In this document: piece after piece, positions 1 through 13,926 of the stretch
Numbering within the stretch: position 1 is the stretch's first letter
Layout of the letters: each line of letters starts with the position of its first letter
Assembly (NCBI GenBank): GCA_965644495.1
Contig: CBFFSA010000011.1
Coordinates: 248,001 to 312,000 of the forward strand
Origin: Perkinsela sp. CCAP 1560/9
Lineage: Eukaryota; Protista; Euglenozoa: Kinetoplastea
Direction: 5' to 3'
DNA: 64,000 nucleotides
Made by a program: the position numbers and the translations under genes
Notes under the pieces: generated by a model
The model's input: the letters and a program-made list of their open reading frames with translations, nothing else
Databases searched by the model: none
Told to the model about the DNA's origin: nothing

Positions 1-47
1 GCTGACCTAAGAACACTCGCAAACTGATATTATTAAGGATACATGTA

Positions 48-139
48 CTCTGACCCCCACTTAATTGTCATACCCTAACTACAATTGTCCGTTTTTTTTC
101 CTCGAAAAAGTGGTGACAAATAAGGGGGGAAAGTCACAG
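48..139. mobile_element. Tiny MITE-like element (TA TSD, CTCTGAC/CTGTGAC-type ends)
   Basis: TA|CTCTGACCCCCACTTAATTGTCA ... TGACAAATAAGGGGGGAAAGTCACAG|TA imperfect TIRs. Related ends at ~8725-8745, ~18963-19032 and ~40907. Confidence 0.55.
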
Positions 140-194
140 TACTATACGTCGTACTATACAATGATATACGTTTAATATCGTTCTCGTGTCTTTT

Positions 195-730
195 GTGTTA
201 TCTACTCTACACTCTGTCTGATGATTCTGCTTAACAAAGCATTTTATACTATGACATTCATGATAAACTTCGTCTTTCGCTCCTATCTGATTTTTCGGTC
301 AAAGGGGCATATTTTTGTACCAAGTATTTTTTTCAATGAAATTTCTCCCCGACGAGTAGAAAAAAGTTCTTAAATATACAAAAACATTTTATCGTTCCTC
401 ATTAGTACTATCCAGAAATATTACGAATACTTGTATTGCGGGATTGCAATCACCTTTCACCTTCGCACAGTGCTGAAGTGTTTTTATACATTCTAGGAAG
501 GAATGTTCATCCCGTACCTCGATGGTATGAATTAATTCACTCAAATGTATCACACCCTTCGCAGTCAAAGCTCATATTAAATGTGATTTTAAGGGTGGTC
601 CAAACTTTCTTTGCATAACGGTTCCTTAGTAATGAAAGATTCCAATAAATTATCAGAAATTATTCAAATATTATAAAAATCGTTTTCAGTCAGTCGGAAG
701 AGTTGGTACAAAAATTTCCTTTTCACTCAA
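195..730 (+). repeat. Dispersed non-coding repeat block
   Basis: 534-730 matches 1754-1796 plus 2850-3018 (empty-site paralogue of the retro-insertion). 195-300 matches ~3105-3236 and ~3350-3433. Confidence 0.85.
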
Positions 731-1435
731 TTATCACACCAGTGGCAGAGAACTCGGGGAGGGGGGGGGTCGATGAATGGTGATCAAACGTGCAGTCCGT
801 GCAATGAACGATTGTTTTTTTGAAAAGGAGTGGAAAATGCGATTTTATCGCTCACTTACCTTGATTCTCAGGAAACCACCTTGTGGAGCGTCGAGATGTA
901 CAGAAACAGTACCTTTATCTGTAAAAGGAATAATTCCCTGTATGCATGTTTTTTCAGCGCAAAAACGGTTTTTTTTTGCAATTAATAGGGGGAGGGAGAA
1001 GTCTGGAACGCGGCATTGCCTCTATTTTTTTACCCAGTATTTGAACCATGGTCCATATTTGAAAACAAGCTACTACGTAAGGTATATAGAAACTATAAAA
1101 CCAACTTTGCCACTTCCCAACTTTCCCACCTCCCCTTACCCAACTTCCACCTTTCCAGAGAGGGTAAGGCTCGGAAGGAAGACGTCCTCCGGTCGGTTCA
1201 AGGCGCCCCCTGGACCCCTATTCCCAAGGCTTTTTTCACGTCTCCATGCTTACACGTGTATGTCCAGTGGGAAAGTGCGGTTCTCCTTGGGACATGTGAT
1301 TTCTTCCCCGTAGACCGGAACTCCCATATTGCATCATACAGGTAAGCCTGCAGAGATTTATATGGTGAAAACGCGCACAATACGCGTTTTTGTCACCTGT
1401 TTCTATTCAGCAGCACTGAGAATGTTCTCCTGCAT

Positions 1436-1621
1436 CTAATTTTTGTCGTTGCGGTGTTGATACACTATGAAGCTCCCACTCAGAGCCTGCACGGTCATAT
1501 TGCGCCGGCACTCAGCCACCAGCTCATCATCACCCATAAATAGAGAGTTGAGAGTTCGCCCAGCACTACTTATTTTCCCTCTCGCTCCGACTTCGAAAAC
1601 GAGTAGGAAAGTGCGGGACAA
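1436..1621 (-). pseudogene. Possible C-terminal fragment of an RLE-type non-LTR retrotransposon (NeSL/HERO-like)
   Basis: FEVGARG...A.SGSFIVY..R resembles the EVGxRG end of restriction-like endonuclease domains. The fragment is short. Confidence 0.35.
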
Positions 1622-2174
1622 GAACGGAATTCCGTTGGGTTGAAGGCGTGACCGGTACCTCTGGACGAACGCCTAGCTACTAGCCTCTTTCCGGTTCTAG
1701 GACAGCCAGCGTGCGCGTGTCCATGTTCATCTCATACGTCGATGGTGGGGTTTAATTCACTCAAATGTATCATACCCTTCGCAGTCAAAGCTCATAGGAA
1801 GCTAGTCCTAGTGGACGTGAAGATGGTAAACCCACTGGCCCCGTCCTACGTGGACAAGGAGGCAGCTGAGCCCTCCTTCACCGTGAGGCAGGCTGAGCAC
1901 CTCAAAAGGCGCACTCACGAGGAAATGGCGGGGGCCAGGGAGATGGATTTCTTCCCTTTGGCCTTCACCACGTACGGTGTCCCCGGCCCCGAGACCCTCC
2001 AGTTTCTAAATCTGGTCGCTCGGAAGGCCACCGGCGAGAAGAATGGTTGCCTCAGGCATTTTATCATGGCAATCGGGGTAGCCATCCAAAAGGGGAACGC
2101 CCAGATAGCGCATGCCGCGGTACAAAACTGGTACCGTAGGGGCGTGCGCAAATGGGCTCGGGGGTTGACAAAAA

Positions 2175-2213
2175 AAACTTTAACGATAAAGATACTGTTT
2201 CTGTACCTTATTG
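2175..2213 (+). other. Retro-copied spliced-leader (mini-exon) sequence
   Basis: AAACTTTAACGATAAAGATACTGTTTCTGTACCTTATTG (39 nt). The last 19 nt match the kinetoplastid SL 3' consensus CAGTTTCTGTACTTTATTG at 17/19. It is followed by UTR-like sequence, not a GT donor. Confidence 0.8.
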
Positions 2214-2252
2214 ATTTATTTCCTTTTTCTTCCCTACACCATCTTCCAGACC

Positions 2253-2699
2253 ATGGGAGGGCACCCCCCTCAAATACACACTTTCTTGTCGGCATCCCCC
2301 CTCCCTCTCTCGTCCCATCATCCGTCTGCGCCGTATCCCCCCACCTCGACCTTCCGTGTCAGCGCGCTTGTCGTTCTGTTGTTTTCCTCTCTTGCGTCCC
2401 CCACCCCCGTGCCAGCAGCCCAAAGTATTGTATACTTGCTCAAGGGGTGGGGGCAGAGGTCCAGACCGATGGGCTCGGGCGTCGTTTCTCCTTGTCCCCG
2501 CGTCCGTCCCGCCATGTCCCTCTTCCCGCTTTTTGCCCTCGGCGTGACGGCGGCTATGCGTTTCGTCTCCTCCAAGTCTCCCACCCTCGTACAGCAACTC
2601 AAAGTATCTTATACTGCTAACGGGGTGGGAGCGGAGGTCCTGGACCACATGGGCCACATGTGCGGACGAGCCGGTCAGTGGGGACGCGTCAGTCGGTAG
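2253..2699 (+). pseudogene. Processed (retro)copy of an unidentified host mRNA
   Basis: ATG 40 nt after the SL. C-rich 5' part and G-rich 3' UTR like CDC48/CWC22. Internal ~65-nt repeat at 2401-2467 and 2581-2646, probably frameshifted. Confidence 0.55.
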
Positions 2700-3658
2700 G
2701 GCGTAAGTGGGGGAAGGGAAGTGAGTGTGGTGAGGGGAAGGAAGTAGGGGAAGGAAGGAAGTAGGGTGAAAGGTTTTAAGTGGTGGAAAGTTCGAAACGT
2801 AGATATAAACATTAGAATCAATACTACTGCCCCTAATTATTCGCAAAAAAAAGCTCATACTGTTACACGAAATGTGATTCGAAAGGTGTTGCTAACTTTC
2901 TTTGCATAACGGTTCCTTCGTAATGAAAGATTCTAATACATTATTAGAATTTATTCCAATATTATAAAAATCGTTTTCATTCAGTCGGATGAGTTGGTAC
3001 AAAATATTCCATTTTCACAGATTTTTCTTTACATTTGCCGTGTTTGATATTTAAAGTTTTTATTCAGTTATTTTCAAATGGACTACAGTTATTTTACGAT
3101 TGTTGTGTATCTACTCTATGAGTTTGTACACTCAATACGACGCCGTACTACATACTATCTGATGATTCTGCCTAACAAAGCATTTTTATTATGAAACTCA
3201 TGATACATTTTGTCTTTCGCTCCTATCTGATTTTTTAACCATTGTTCTCATATCGATTTACACTTGTCTTTACTTACATTGTACTATTCATTGGAGACTA
3301 TTCCTCTTTGTTGCGGTTTTTATGTTATCTATTATTAGACTTTTTAGACTCAATACTGCCTGATGATTCTGCCTGATAAAGCATTTTGTTTATTATGAAC
3401 CTCATGATACGTTCGTCTTTCGCTCCTATCTGATCACCCGCGTACATTTTCGTTCCCTATTTTACCAGTAACACTAGTAACCCCACTAATTGGGGTTTCG
3501 TTTTCACTAGATTTTTATCAACCTTATTCAGATTATCAACCTTAATTCAGGCAGAATTAATGAAAGTGTAATTAAAAGAGGGAAAAGATCAAGCGCTTAA
3601 ATTCTATTCTAAAACAAGACGTTGCCATTTTGGTAAAAAAGCAGTATTCTATGTGTCT

Positions 3659-4879
3659 ATGTTGAATCTCGATGATTTGAAGGCCAATTTAAGGCGGCGC
3701 ATTGCAGTAGCACCACGCCAATCTCTTTTTAATCTAAAATCAACAGGAAAACACCAAAAGCGATTACATACCGAGTCGGTACAGTCATCTGAAGGTCACG
3801 TGAAAAGATCAGTCAATGTTCAAAAGTCTCACCAAATTTTTCCATCGAGTTCCGTATCTGACAGTGTTACTTCTACCATTCTTTCACAAGTCGAACTTCG
3901 CGTCAACGAAGAGAAATTTAGTTCGCACGGAGATAGACTGCGCACGTTTTTTCCTACAATGGAGACGGAAGAAATGGATGATGTTTCCGCTATTCATCCA
4001 CCAAAGGAAGAAACCATCCCCCCGTGTGTGCAACTCTTACGATCCGAAGAATTATCCGACGGTGAATCTTCCTCCTCTGACGAAAATATTCTATCTGATA
4101 CGGACATGGAGATCGTGCGGCGTCACAACACGTGGGTGCAATCCCAACAACAACTTTCGCATTCTCAATCCTCCTTACATTCGCCTCTTTATCCCTCCTC
4201 TCATCCCAACTCACAGAACACGCCCTTGGAACTTAGTAGTATGAACCCAGGAGCTGTACATTATGATGCTGACACCATCGCACCCTATTTAAAGACGGTC
4301 AAGACCTCAACCGCCCCTCCCTGCTCCCTTGTGGAGTGGGAAAACGAGGATGAGGAGGATGAGGCCATGCTCGGTGAGATGAGCCGCAGCCAGTCGTTTT
4401 CTACACAATATTCTGCGTATTTAGGTACGGTTCAAAGTCACCGTGGGTCATCTGCTCTTGATCCAATCTCCTCTGCTGCAGCAGCATCGGTTACCGATAT
4501 GATTCGCCCCATAAGCACAACTCGGGCAGAGTTAAAGCCAGTAAAACGTAAACCTCTGGTGGGACTTAACCCGAAGGCTCGGGATAAGCTTGATGTGATC
4601 AAGCGCATGACCTCGTTCGATACGGTTAAGGCAGGGGCGGTTGTATTTTCCACAAAGAAAACCGTTTCGCAGACAAAGACAACAAAAGATATGAAAACCC
4701 GTCAGAGCAACACGGAATCCCTGGTCGTGAGTTCCAAAATGGATGGGACAGTAGCGGCAAGCTACGAGCACGTGCGCAACACAACGCAGGGGGGTAGCCA
4801 GCCGCCTTCCGCGAATGAACTTAGTCAACAAGCCCTTTTGGATGCCTTTTCGGCAGTTCCAGAGAGGTTGAATCAGTAG
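3659..4879 (+). CDS. Hypothetical Ser/acidic-rich, largely disordered protein
   Basis: Long ORF on the gene strand, first ATG at 3659. No recognisable domain. Confidence 0.7.
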   Translation: MLNLDDLKANLRRRIAVAPRQSLFNLKSTGKHQKRLHTESVQSSEGHVKRSVNVQKSHQIFPSSSVSDSVTSTILSQVELRVNEEKFSSHGDRLRTFFPTMETEEMDDVSAIHPPKEETIPPCVQLLRSEELSDGESSSSDENILSDTDMEIVRRHNTWVQSQQQLSHSQSSLHSPLYPSSHPNSQNTPLELSSMNPGAVHYDADTIAPYLKTVKTSTAPPCSLVEWENEDEEDEAMLGEMSRSQSFSTQYSAYLGTVQSHRGSSALDPISSAAAASVTDMIRPISTTRAELKPVKRKPLVGLNPKARDKLDVIKRMTSFDTVKAGAVVFSTKKTVSQTKTTKDMKTRQSNTESLVVSSKMDGTVAASYEHVRNTTQGGSQPPSANELSQQALLDAFSAVPERLNQ

Positions 4880-5180
4880 ATTTCGCACGCCTTTCAGATT
4901 GTTTCGCACGTCTGAAGTGTGTGTACATAGTGGGCCATCAAGATATGCGAATCAGTGCGTAGTAAACCGCCAAGATGTCATGATTCTTACGGTGCCAACG
5001 CTACGGTGAGTGATGTATACTTCGAAGCTGTACAAATGGCATCGTAGCTTCCTAAACATACTCTATGCACAATGTAAATATTATTCTTGTAAGACATTTT
5101 GCTCAGAGATGACCTTCATAAACCTTATTTTTTATCTGAAAGAAAATTCAACTCTACGTGACATACTTATCCGCTTTCTC

Positions 5181-5666
5181 ATGAGCTTTGCCACCGCCTT
5201 ATCTAGTTCGATACGTTCGAGCCGATGGGCCCACTGGTTCTACGCCCGGTGCGGTCGATGTCAGGAGCCGCAGCGCTTCGGGGTAGGTTACACTCCATGC
5301 CCTGATGTTGTTGTTTTCCACCAAGCAACACAGTGCAAGTACTACCACCGATTGCACGACATACACGCCGGTTCCAACGGGCGAGGACATAACCTATGGG
5401 ATCTTCGCAAATGTACCGCGTGCTCATCTTTGCATGGAGATTGGATCTACCTGGACGATATTCAATATTCGGATATTATGACGGAACGAAGGCAGAGGAA
5501 TGAGAAAAATCGCCTTGCCGAGGAAAATAAATCTGACAACGCACACTCCTCCTCTCATTGCACAAAGCACCCGAGTCATAAAACAATTGATCGGGCGAAA
5601 AATTTACAGAAGATGGAAAAACAATTAATGCGGCGTTATCCAATGAAACCGATTGTTGAAAACTGA
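5181..5666 (+). CDS. Hypothetical small protein with two CxxC pairs (possible Zn ribbon)
   Basis: ATG 5181 after a pyrimidine-rich leader; RCGRC ... KCTAC motifs. Confidence 0.6.
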   Translation: MSFATALSSSIRSSRWAHWFYARCGRCQEPQRFGVGYTPCPDVVVFHQATQCKYYHRLHDIHAGSNGRGHNLWDLRKCTACSSLHGDWIYLDDIQYSDIMTERRQRNEKNRLAEENKSDNAHSSSHCTKHPSHKTIDRAKNLQKMEKQLMRRYPMKPIVEN

Positions 5667-6656
5667 GTGGTACGATCCACATCGTTCATGTACCGTTACC
5701 CCCCCCTTACTTATCCCGCATTTTGACCCCAAAATCAGTGATTTTGTAATAAGTAACGTACTTGGATAAGTAGCGTACCTGGATAAGTAGCGTACCTGAA
5801 AAATATTTCGACCTCAGCAGAGGAAACATGGGACGTTATCGGAATCCATTAGAGCGACGTGGAATCCGTTAGAGGAGCGAATAAACAGGACATCAACCTC
5901 TCGCTCACGAAGGAAGGAAAGAATTTCGATGAGCAGCATAGAGGTCAACCACCATCAAAGTTTGTCGTGGAGGATAGCGCGCATGGTCTAAGAACTCTAT
6001 TTGAAGCCATGTCAGAAGAAGGCCACCGTTTATCCACCCCGATGAAGTTGTTGTGGCAGTACGATGGTACTTTGCAGCTGCCGCGCTGAGTTCCCGAGAG
6101 ATGGGGACTGTGGAGGACCTCGCCTGCCAGATGAGATGGGGGGGCAACATTGTGTGGTCCCAAACGCCACCTCCGGTCTCATTAGCCGTGAGGATGACAG
6201 AGTTCCTCTGCGATCGACGTTCATCAGAGTCATCATCTCGAGAAAGTTTCGGACCCGCGCATCAGCATCTGTCTGAACGAGTTGAGTGCAACCGCTCATA
6301 TGGCGGCGACAAACGTTCGCAAATCGACAAAAGCGCTGCCAGAACTTTTGCTTCTCATTCTCTGTTAGTTGGCTGAAATGGTCAAATGTCCCAAAGTATT
6401 GGAACATCATGGATTTCGTGACCCACGACAAGGGCGCCACGCAAGACCGCAATCACGCGATAACCCTGAGTGTATAATTCCTGATTCTGAAGCAGAATAC
6501 ATGTAGATGGATTCCATAGGAGAGTCTGCAGATGGGCTAGGTTGGGGTTCAAAAAAACCTACACGAACCTACACGGATCTACACGAATTCACACAGACTT
6601 ACACAGAACCCCCTTTTTTCCGATTTCTAGTAGTTTTACCGTAGTTCATTTTTAAA

Positions 6657-6780
6657 AAATTTCTTTTTTAGGCTCTTCGTTAAACGCGGTGATTGTTTTC
6701 AACTTAGAAGTCACTCATGCTGCGAGCTTCGCGTTGAAAACTACCTCCGCGTTTAACGAAGAGCCTAAAAAAGAAAAATT
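6657..6780. repeat. Inverted repeat / hairpin
   Basis: TTCTTTTTTAGGCTCTTCGTTAAACGCGG ... CCGCGTTTAACGAAGAGCCTAAAAAAGAA. Confidence 0.85.
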
Positions 6781-7426
6781 GGTTACGAAAGCCGAAAAAA
6801 ACGGAAGAATTTGAGCCAAAAATCGCCGATTTTTAAGTAAAAATAGGTGCTTTTTTGCGTATTTTTGCTCTGAGAGCGCTAAATTCGATATTTTCGTGTG
6901 GTACGACCATTATCATCATAAGCATTATTAGACTAATACTAGGATAAATTAGACAATACTAATTTAGTATTGTGCCTAAGCGGGTTTGTTCTTTCAGTTG
7001 TTATTATTTCGGCTGTTATTCAACTTATCATTCAAGTGACGTGTTTTAACTGAACCACTGTCCAGGTTAATATTCATATACCCTCGTATTATTCCTACCA
7101 GGAATATTAAGTGTCCCAATGGTGCTTAATATTCCTACCCTCCTCTCCCCGACACCGACCCTGTCTTTACTTGAGATCCACACAACTTTTTTTTCAATAA
7201 TCGAGGGTAGAGCGGTAATTATACAACCACCGCAATAATATCGTAATTAAATATACCACTTTACCTAAGTTGCCAAGTATAAAAGAGCGAAGATGGATGA
7301 ACACATACAAGTGCACTACAGATTCCTTTATGCTCGGGCCCAATTTTCCGCCTTTTTCAAACAAGAAATTTCTAAGATAAGCTACGAATTTTGTTATTGA
7401 TTCATTTTATATTAGTCTACATATTG

Positions 7427-8209
7427 ATGATTTTCGCTGTGAGTAGCGTGTTATTTCACACGCTAGGTCACCGCTTCTCTGGAAAGGATGTCAGCGACAT
7501 AATCCGACGTCCGGCTAAGGTATCTTCTTCGATACTTCCCGCCGAACATGATTTGATACGCCTTATTCAAGGTGTAAAAAATCCCGATCCCTCGTGGACT
7601 CCGGACACTCCTGCCTGCGATTGGGTCGGTGTCAGTTGCAACGATGCAGAAAAGGTGCGAGCAATACGCTGGGAATGGATGCAAAGTTTATATGGAACTC
7701 TGTCCCTGCGCTATTTACCGGTATCGCTTGTATCATTTTCAGTGGACCGAACGTTTAATTTGGCACATGAAAATAAACTTAGTGGGGAAATCGAATTAAC
7801 GAGCCTTCCAGCAGGTTTGACTGACTTCAACCTCAGCGAAAACCGATTTAATGGTAGTGTAGATCTTACCTCCTTGCCTGAAAATCTAACACACTTGTAT
7901 TTGAATGGCAATGACTTATGCGGAGAGGTTTGTCTGGATTATTTGCCCTTGAAATTGCAACATCTTAGCCTAAGTAAGAATCATTTTACCGGAACGCCCA
8001 TTTTAACCAAGCTACCTCCCGCATTGGTATCTCTCGGCTTGTCGCAGAACCAATTCGAGGGTCATATCAATTTGGACGCCCTGCCTTTAAGCTTAAAACA
8101 TTTATGGCTAGATGAGAATAAGGAGCTCTCAGGAACCTATAGTCTTAATATGCTTCCTAAGTGCATAAGTCTAACATGCACCTCAACCGGCCTCTCAAGG
8201 TGGAATTAG
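7427..8209 (+). CDS. LRR family protein (LRRNT_2-like cap + ~23-aa LP..L..L.L..N.F.G.IDL repeats)
   Basis: PAKV..SILPAE motif, SW....PACDW.GVSC cap, about 6-7 LRRs. Confidence 0.9.
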   Translation: MIFAVSSVLFHTLGHRFSGKDVSDIIRRPAKVSSSILPAEHDLIRLIQGVKNPDPSWTPDTPACDWVGVSCNDAEKVRAIRWEWMQSLYGTLSLRYLPVSLVSFSVDRTFNLAHENKLSGEIELTSLPAGLTDFNLSENRFNGSVDLTSLPENLTHLYLNGNDLCGEVCLDYLPLKLQHLSLSKNHFTGTPILTKLPPALVSLGLSQNQFEGHINLDALPLSLKHLWLDENKELSGTYSLNMLPKCISLTCTSTGLSRWN

Positions 8210-8673
8210 CCCAAAGGAATTAACCGAATATAAAATGAGGGGCTGCGGGTGGATCGTCTGAATGTCTTGCCGCTCATGAAGAGTTAATCTTCGATATTTA
8301 GGCATATAAAGTGCGAGTTTCGATTAGAAAGAAAAGCTACTAATTATGATAAAAAATGTACCTCTTGGTGCACTGAGTATGACAATCCTATAAATTGTGG
8401 TACACTGCGTATGACAATTTGGTGCACTGACATTGACAATCCACCTATCTTTTCCGTTATGGAAACATACGGAATATAGCTCGTCATTTCGAAATTTGTT
8501 CACGAATTAATATTTCACATTTTTTTATTTTAGGGTATCTTTATTTCACAAAATTTTACGACCGCTGTACCCCATACACAGCAGTGGTGTAGAAACTCCA
8601 TTTACAGCGCTTAGGCACTCAAAATCACATGATAGAAAGAATTGCGCCGCGAAGCGGCGTGCTTTTTTTTTGA

Positions 8674-11187
<2,514 letters not shown>

Positions 11188-11530
11188 AGGGGGGAAGGTG
11201 AATAGGGTGGGGGGTCAAGTTAAATTTGTCTGTAAGGTGACAGGTGGGGCTGCGTACAGGTCGTTTATTCGTTGTTTTTGCTTCTTTTTTGGTTAGTAAC
11301 GTTGGGGGTTAAGAAAGCGTATTTGAAAAATATGGGAAAGTATTCAATTTTTGGCACATCATGGTGGACGGTGTCGTAACGTGTGTGTAAATGATGACCA
11401 CTGGATTTTGATTCGTGCACAAGTTGTACAGCGTTGCACTCAAAGAGTGCAATGAAGAGTCTCTTCATTCATGAGTAAAGATCAGGTATAAATACATTTG
11501 TTTACTTACTCTCTATCTTCCTCTAGTCAT

Positions 11531-11914
11531 ATGAAAGATGAATCTTTTTTTTGTGAAGAAGAAATCGCGGACAATATTTCGGAAATAGTTGGAACAACGC
11601 ATTTATTATCTGAGGAAGCCGCGGAGCTATATGAGCTCACTCTTCAGCATTATGCCGAGGAAATACTTAGCTCTGCTATAAATAAGATGCGGTCGGAGAG
11701 GAAGTCTTCGGGTACACAAACCCCAAAAGCAGTGCTTAACATACTAACGGACAATACTTTACGGGAAAATACGGATAAAGACTCCACGACTGGTGTTGTA
11801 CATGAGATGGAATGTACTCCTACGGCACAGGGCAAAGAATGCCTTACCATATCGCGCGAGGATGTTGTTCACTGTATTCGTACGTTCCAATCCAGTGCAG
11901 CAAAGACACGCTAA
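11531..11914 (+). CDS. Putative histone-fold protein (TAF/NF-Y-like)
   Basis: LSEEAAELYELTLQHYAEEILSSA (long helix 2) ... TISREDVVHCI (loop 2/helix 3) with a long inserted loop. Confidence 0.55.
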   Translation: MKDESFFCEEEIADNISEIVGTTHLLSEEAAELYELTLQHYAEEILSSAINKMRSERKSSGTQTPKAVLNILTDNTLRENTDKDSTTGVVHEMECTPTAQGKECLTISREDVVHCIRTFQSSAAKTR

Positions 11915-12390
11915 TGGTGCTCAATTCATGTTTTTAGCGTGAGAAATTGTATTCGATTATTTCTCATTGGTTTCTTTGCGTTGAACATTGTAGGTACCGC
12001 CAGGGGCACGTTGCTGTTGTTGCTGGTAACTTACTAAAGTATTACTAACTTACGAAGTTCTCTCTTGTTCTGTTCTTCACATTACTGTTGTAAGGTACAG
12101 CACAGGCAGCTGTCGTACAGTTCCCTTCTGGACTCGATTCAATTATAGAATTCACGTCCAACGACTTCTACACTTCCAGTCTAGGGAGCAAGTGACTTTG
12201 TCCCTGTAACAAATTTCCAGGAAGATACTCGCAACCTCACTGACAAATACCCTGTTTTTTGTTGAATAGTGTCGATGTTCGCGTTTGATGTACGTTATAC
12301 CCTTTGTCTTAAAGACTACTATTGCATTCACCATACGATTCCATGTGTTTTTCGTTCTTTCGTCTAACTCTCCTTCCGAACCGATACATG

Positions 12391-12723
12391 TAAACCCCGT
12401 TCCGGGTTAAAGTACCTGTAGCTCGCTATTGTACCGGGGGGTACAATAAGTGGAAACGCCTGGTTTTATTGTACCCGCAAAATTATTTCGCCTTTTTACA
12501 GATTTTCTTTTTAAAATTGATTACAATTTTACCTTTTCTACCAGCGAAGACATGAAAATAGAGAAGCGCTGGCGGCGCGAAGCGGCGCCAAATTATTTTT
12601 TGCACTATTTCGATTATTTTTCGGAATTGTACTTGTAGCAAGTACTATTGTACTTGTAGCTACGTATTGTACCTGTAGCTCGTTATTGTACCGGGGGGGT
12701 ACATTAACCCGGACGGGGGGTTA
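12391..12723. mobile_element. MITE
   Basis: TAAACCCCGTTCCGGGTTAA.GTACC / GGTACATTAACCCGGACGGGGGGTTA TIRs; internal GTACCTGTAGCTCG.TATTGTACCGGGGG repeats; GCGCGAAGCGGCG motif similar to the hairpin at ~8645. Confidence 0.75.
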
Positions 12724-13287
12724 TGTTGCGGACGGGTTTAAATATCGGCTACAACTTTACTATCAATCGAGTATTCACGTGAGAAACCGTTTGCGAACGC
12801 TCTACCCGCGCTCGTATTATCAGTAGCCACAAAGTCTCCCAGCTTTGTATTTGTGAGCTTTTAAGTTGCGTGACCTCTGATATCTTCGTATCCCGAACCC
12901 GCCTGCTGCTCGAAAGGAAGTAAACAAGCGACTTTCCGCTAAACAAATATATTCATTCTTCTACTCAAATATCTCTTTGAAGTAAATCTCAGTTCTATGA
13001 AGTTCAAAACAACGCATCCTGACTCGATTTTCGCAGTTCCTTTGATAGAAATACGCATTCTCGAAAATCGCGGAGTAAAAAAACTCCAACACTCTCACAA
13101 CGAGTCGAAAATAAGTGTTCCGAAAATAATAAATGGGATTGTACGTTCGCAGCAAAAAGAATGAAGTACTTCTGTATAATACCATTATAATAGTAATATT
13201 ATTAATATTATTAATAGTAGTAGTATAATAGTATAATACTATTATAATAATAGTAAAAGGATTTAGTTCTTTGTTTGCGTTAATTTC

Positions 13288-13926
13288 ATGTTTTCCTTGT
13301 TTTTCAAGACTGCAGACCTGGTGTCTCGACCAGCTAAAGTACGTGGCACTTTTTTGCCGCAAGAGTACATCTTATCACAATTTATCAGCCATATTGTCAC
13401 CTCTGAGGAATCTTGGACGGTGGAAACTTCAGCATGTGAATGGAAGTACGTAAAATGCAATTCTAAGAAAGAAGTCACTCATCTATATTGGAGTTCGAGC
13501 ATTTTTGATTCAGAGTGTCCCACGATCGAAGGCCAATTACTTTGGAAATTTATACCACACACGCTACTGTACCTTGGCACTTTCTGGCAATCCATAACAG
13601 GAACCGTGGAGCTATCATTACTCCCTCCACATATGGAAGAAATTCATGTCGGTTCCACAAAGTGCCATGGGAGTTTAGAACTCACAAATTTGCCATCTAC
13701 ATTGAAGGTAATGGATTTACAGGAAAATAACTTGACCGGACAGATCGATCTGACGTCACTTCCCGCATTGATCCGCGAAATTAACTTAAGCTTTAACTAT
13801 CTCCGTGGGACCGTAGACCTTACCAAACTTCCAGAGAGCTTAAAGGAACTGGATTTGTCATATAATCGTTTTAAAGTATCTGAATACGTACCAGACGTTG
13901 TGAATATTGAACATCAGGAGGTATAA
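13288..13926 (+). CDS. LRR family protein (paralogue A1)
   Basis: ADLVSRPAKVRGTFLPQEY motif, cap and about 5 LRRs. Confidence 0.9.
   Translation: MFSLFFKTADLVSRPAKVRGTFLPQEYILSQFISHIVTSEESWTVETSACEWKYVKCNSKKEVTHLYWSSSIFDSECPTIEGQLLWKFIPHTLLYLGTFWQSITGTVELSLLPPHMEEIHVGSTKCHGSLELTNLPSTLKVMDLQENNLTGQIDLTSLPALIREINLSFNYLRGTVDLTKLPESLKELDLSYNRFKVSEYVPDVVNIEHQEV

Larger units (their letters stand above)
1797..2849 (+). mobile_element. 5'-truncated chimeric retro-insertion: CRE-clade RLE 3' end + SL + mRNA + poly(A), 10-bp TSD
   Basis: TSD AAAGCTCATA at 1787-1796 and 2850-2859; terminal A-run 2845-2852. 1797-~2150 encodes LVDVKMVNPLAPSY...AEHLK...FFPLAFTTYG..GPE...IGVAIQKGNA, the CRE/SLACS/CZAR-type RLE signature. 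Confidence 0.85.

Noticed and set aside
2175-2300. Functional SL RNA gene
   Set aside because: The exon is followed by ATTTATT rather than a GT donor, has no upstream promoter context, and sits inside a TSD-flanked retro-insertion.
1742-2620. 292-aa ORF as a real gene
   Set aside because: It is a chance read-through across flank, CRE fragment, SL and retrocopy.
5690-6480. Possible pogo-like element remnant
   Set aside because: A TACCGTTACCCCCC end and short repeats are present, but no matching second TIR or convincing transposase motif could be read.
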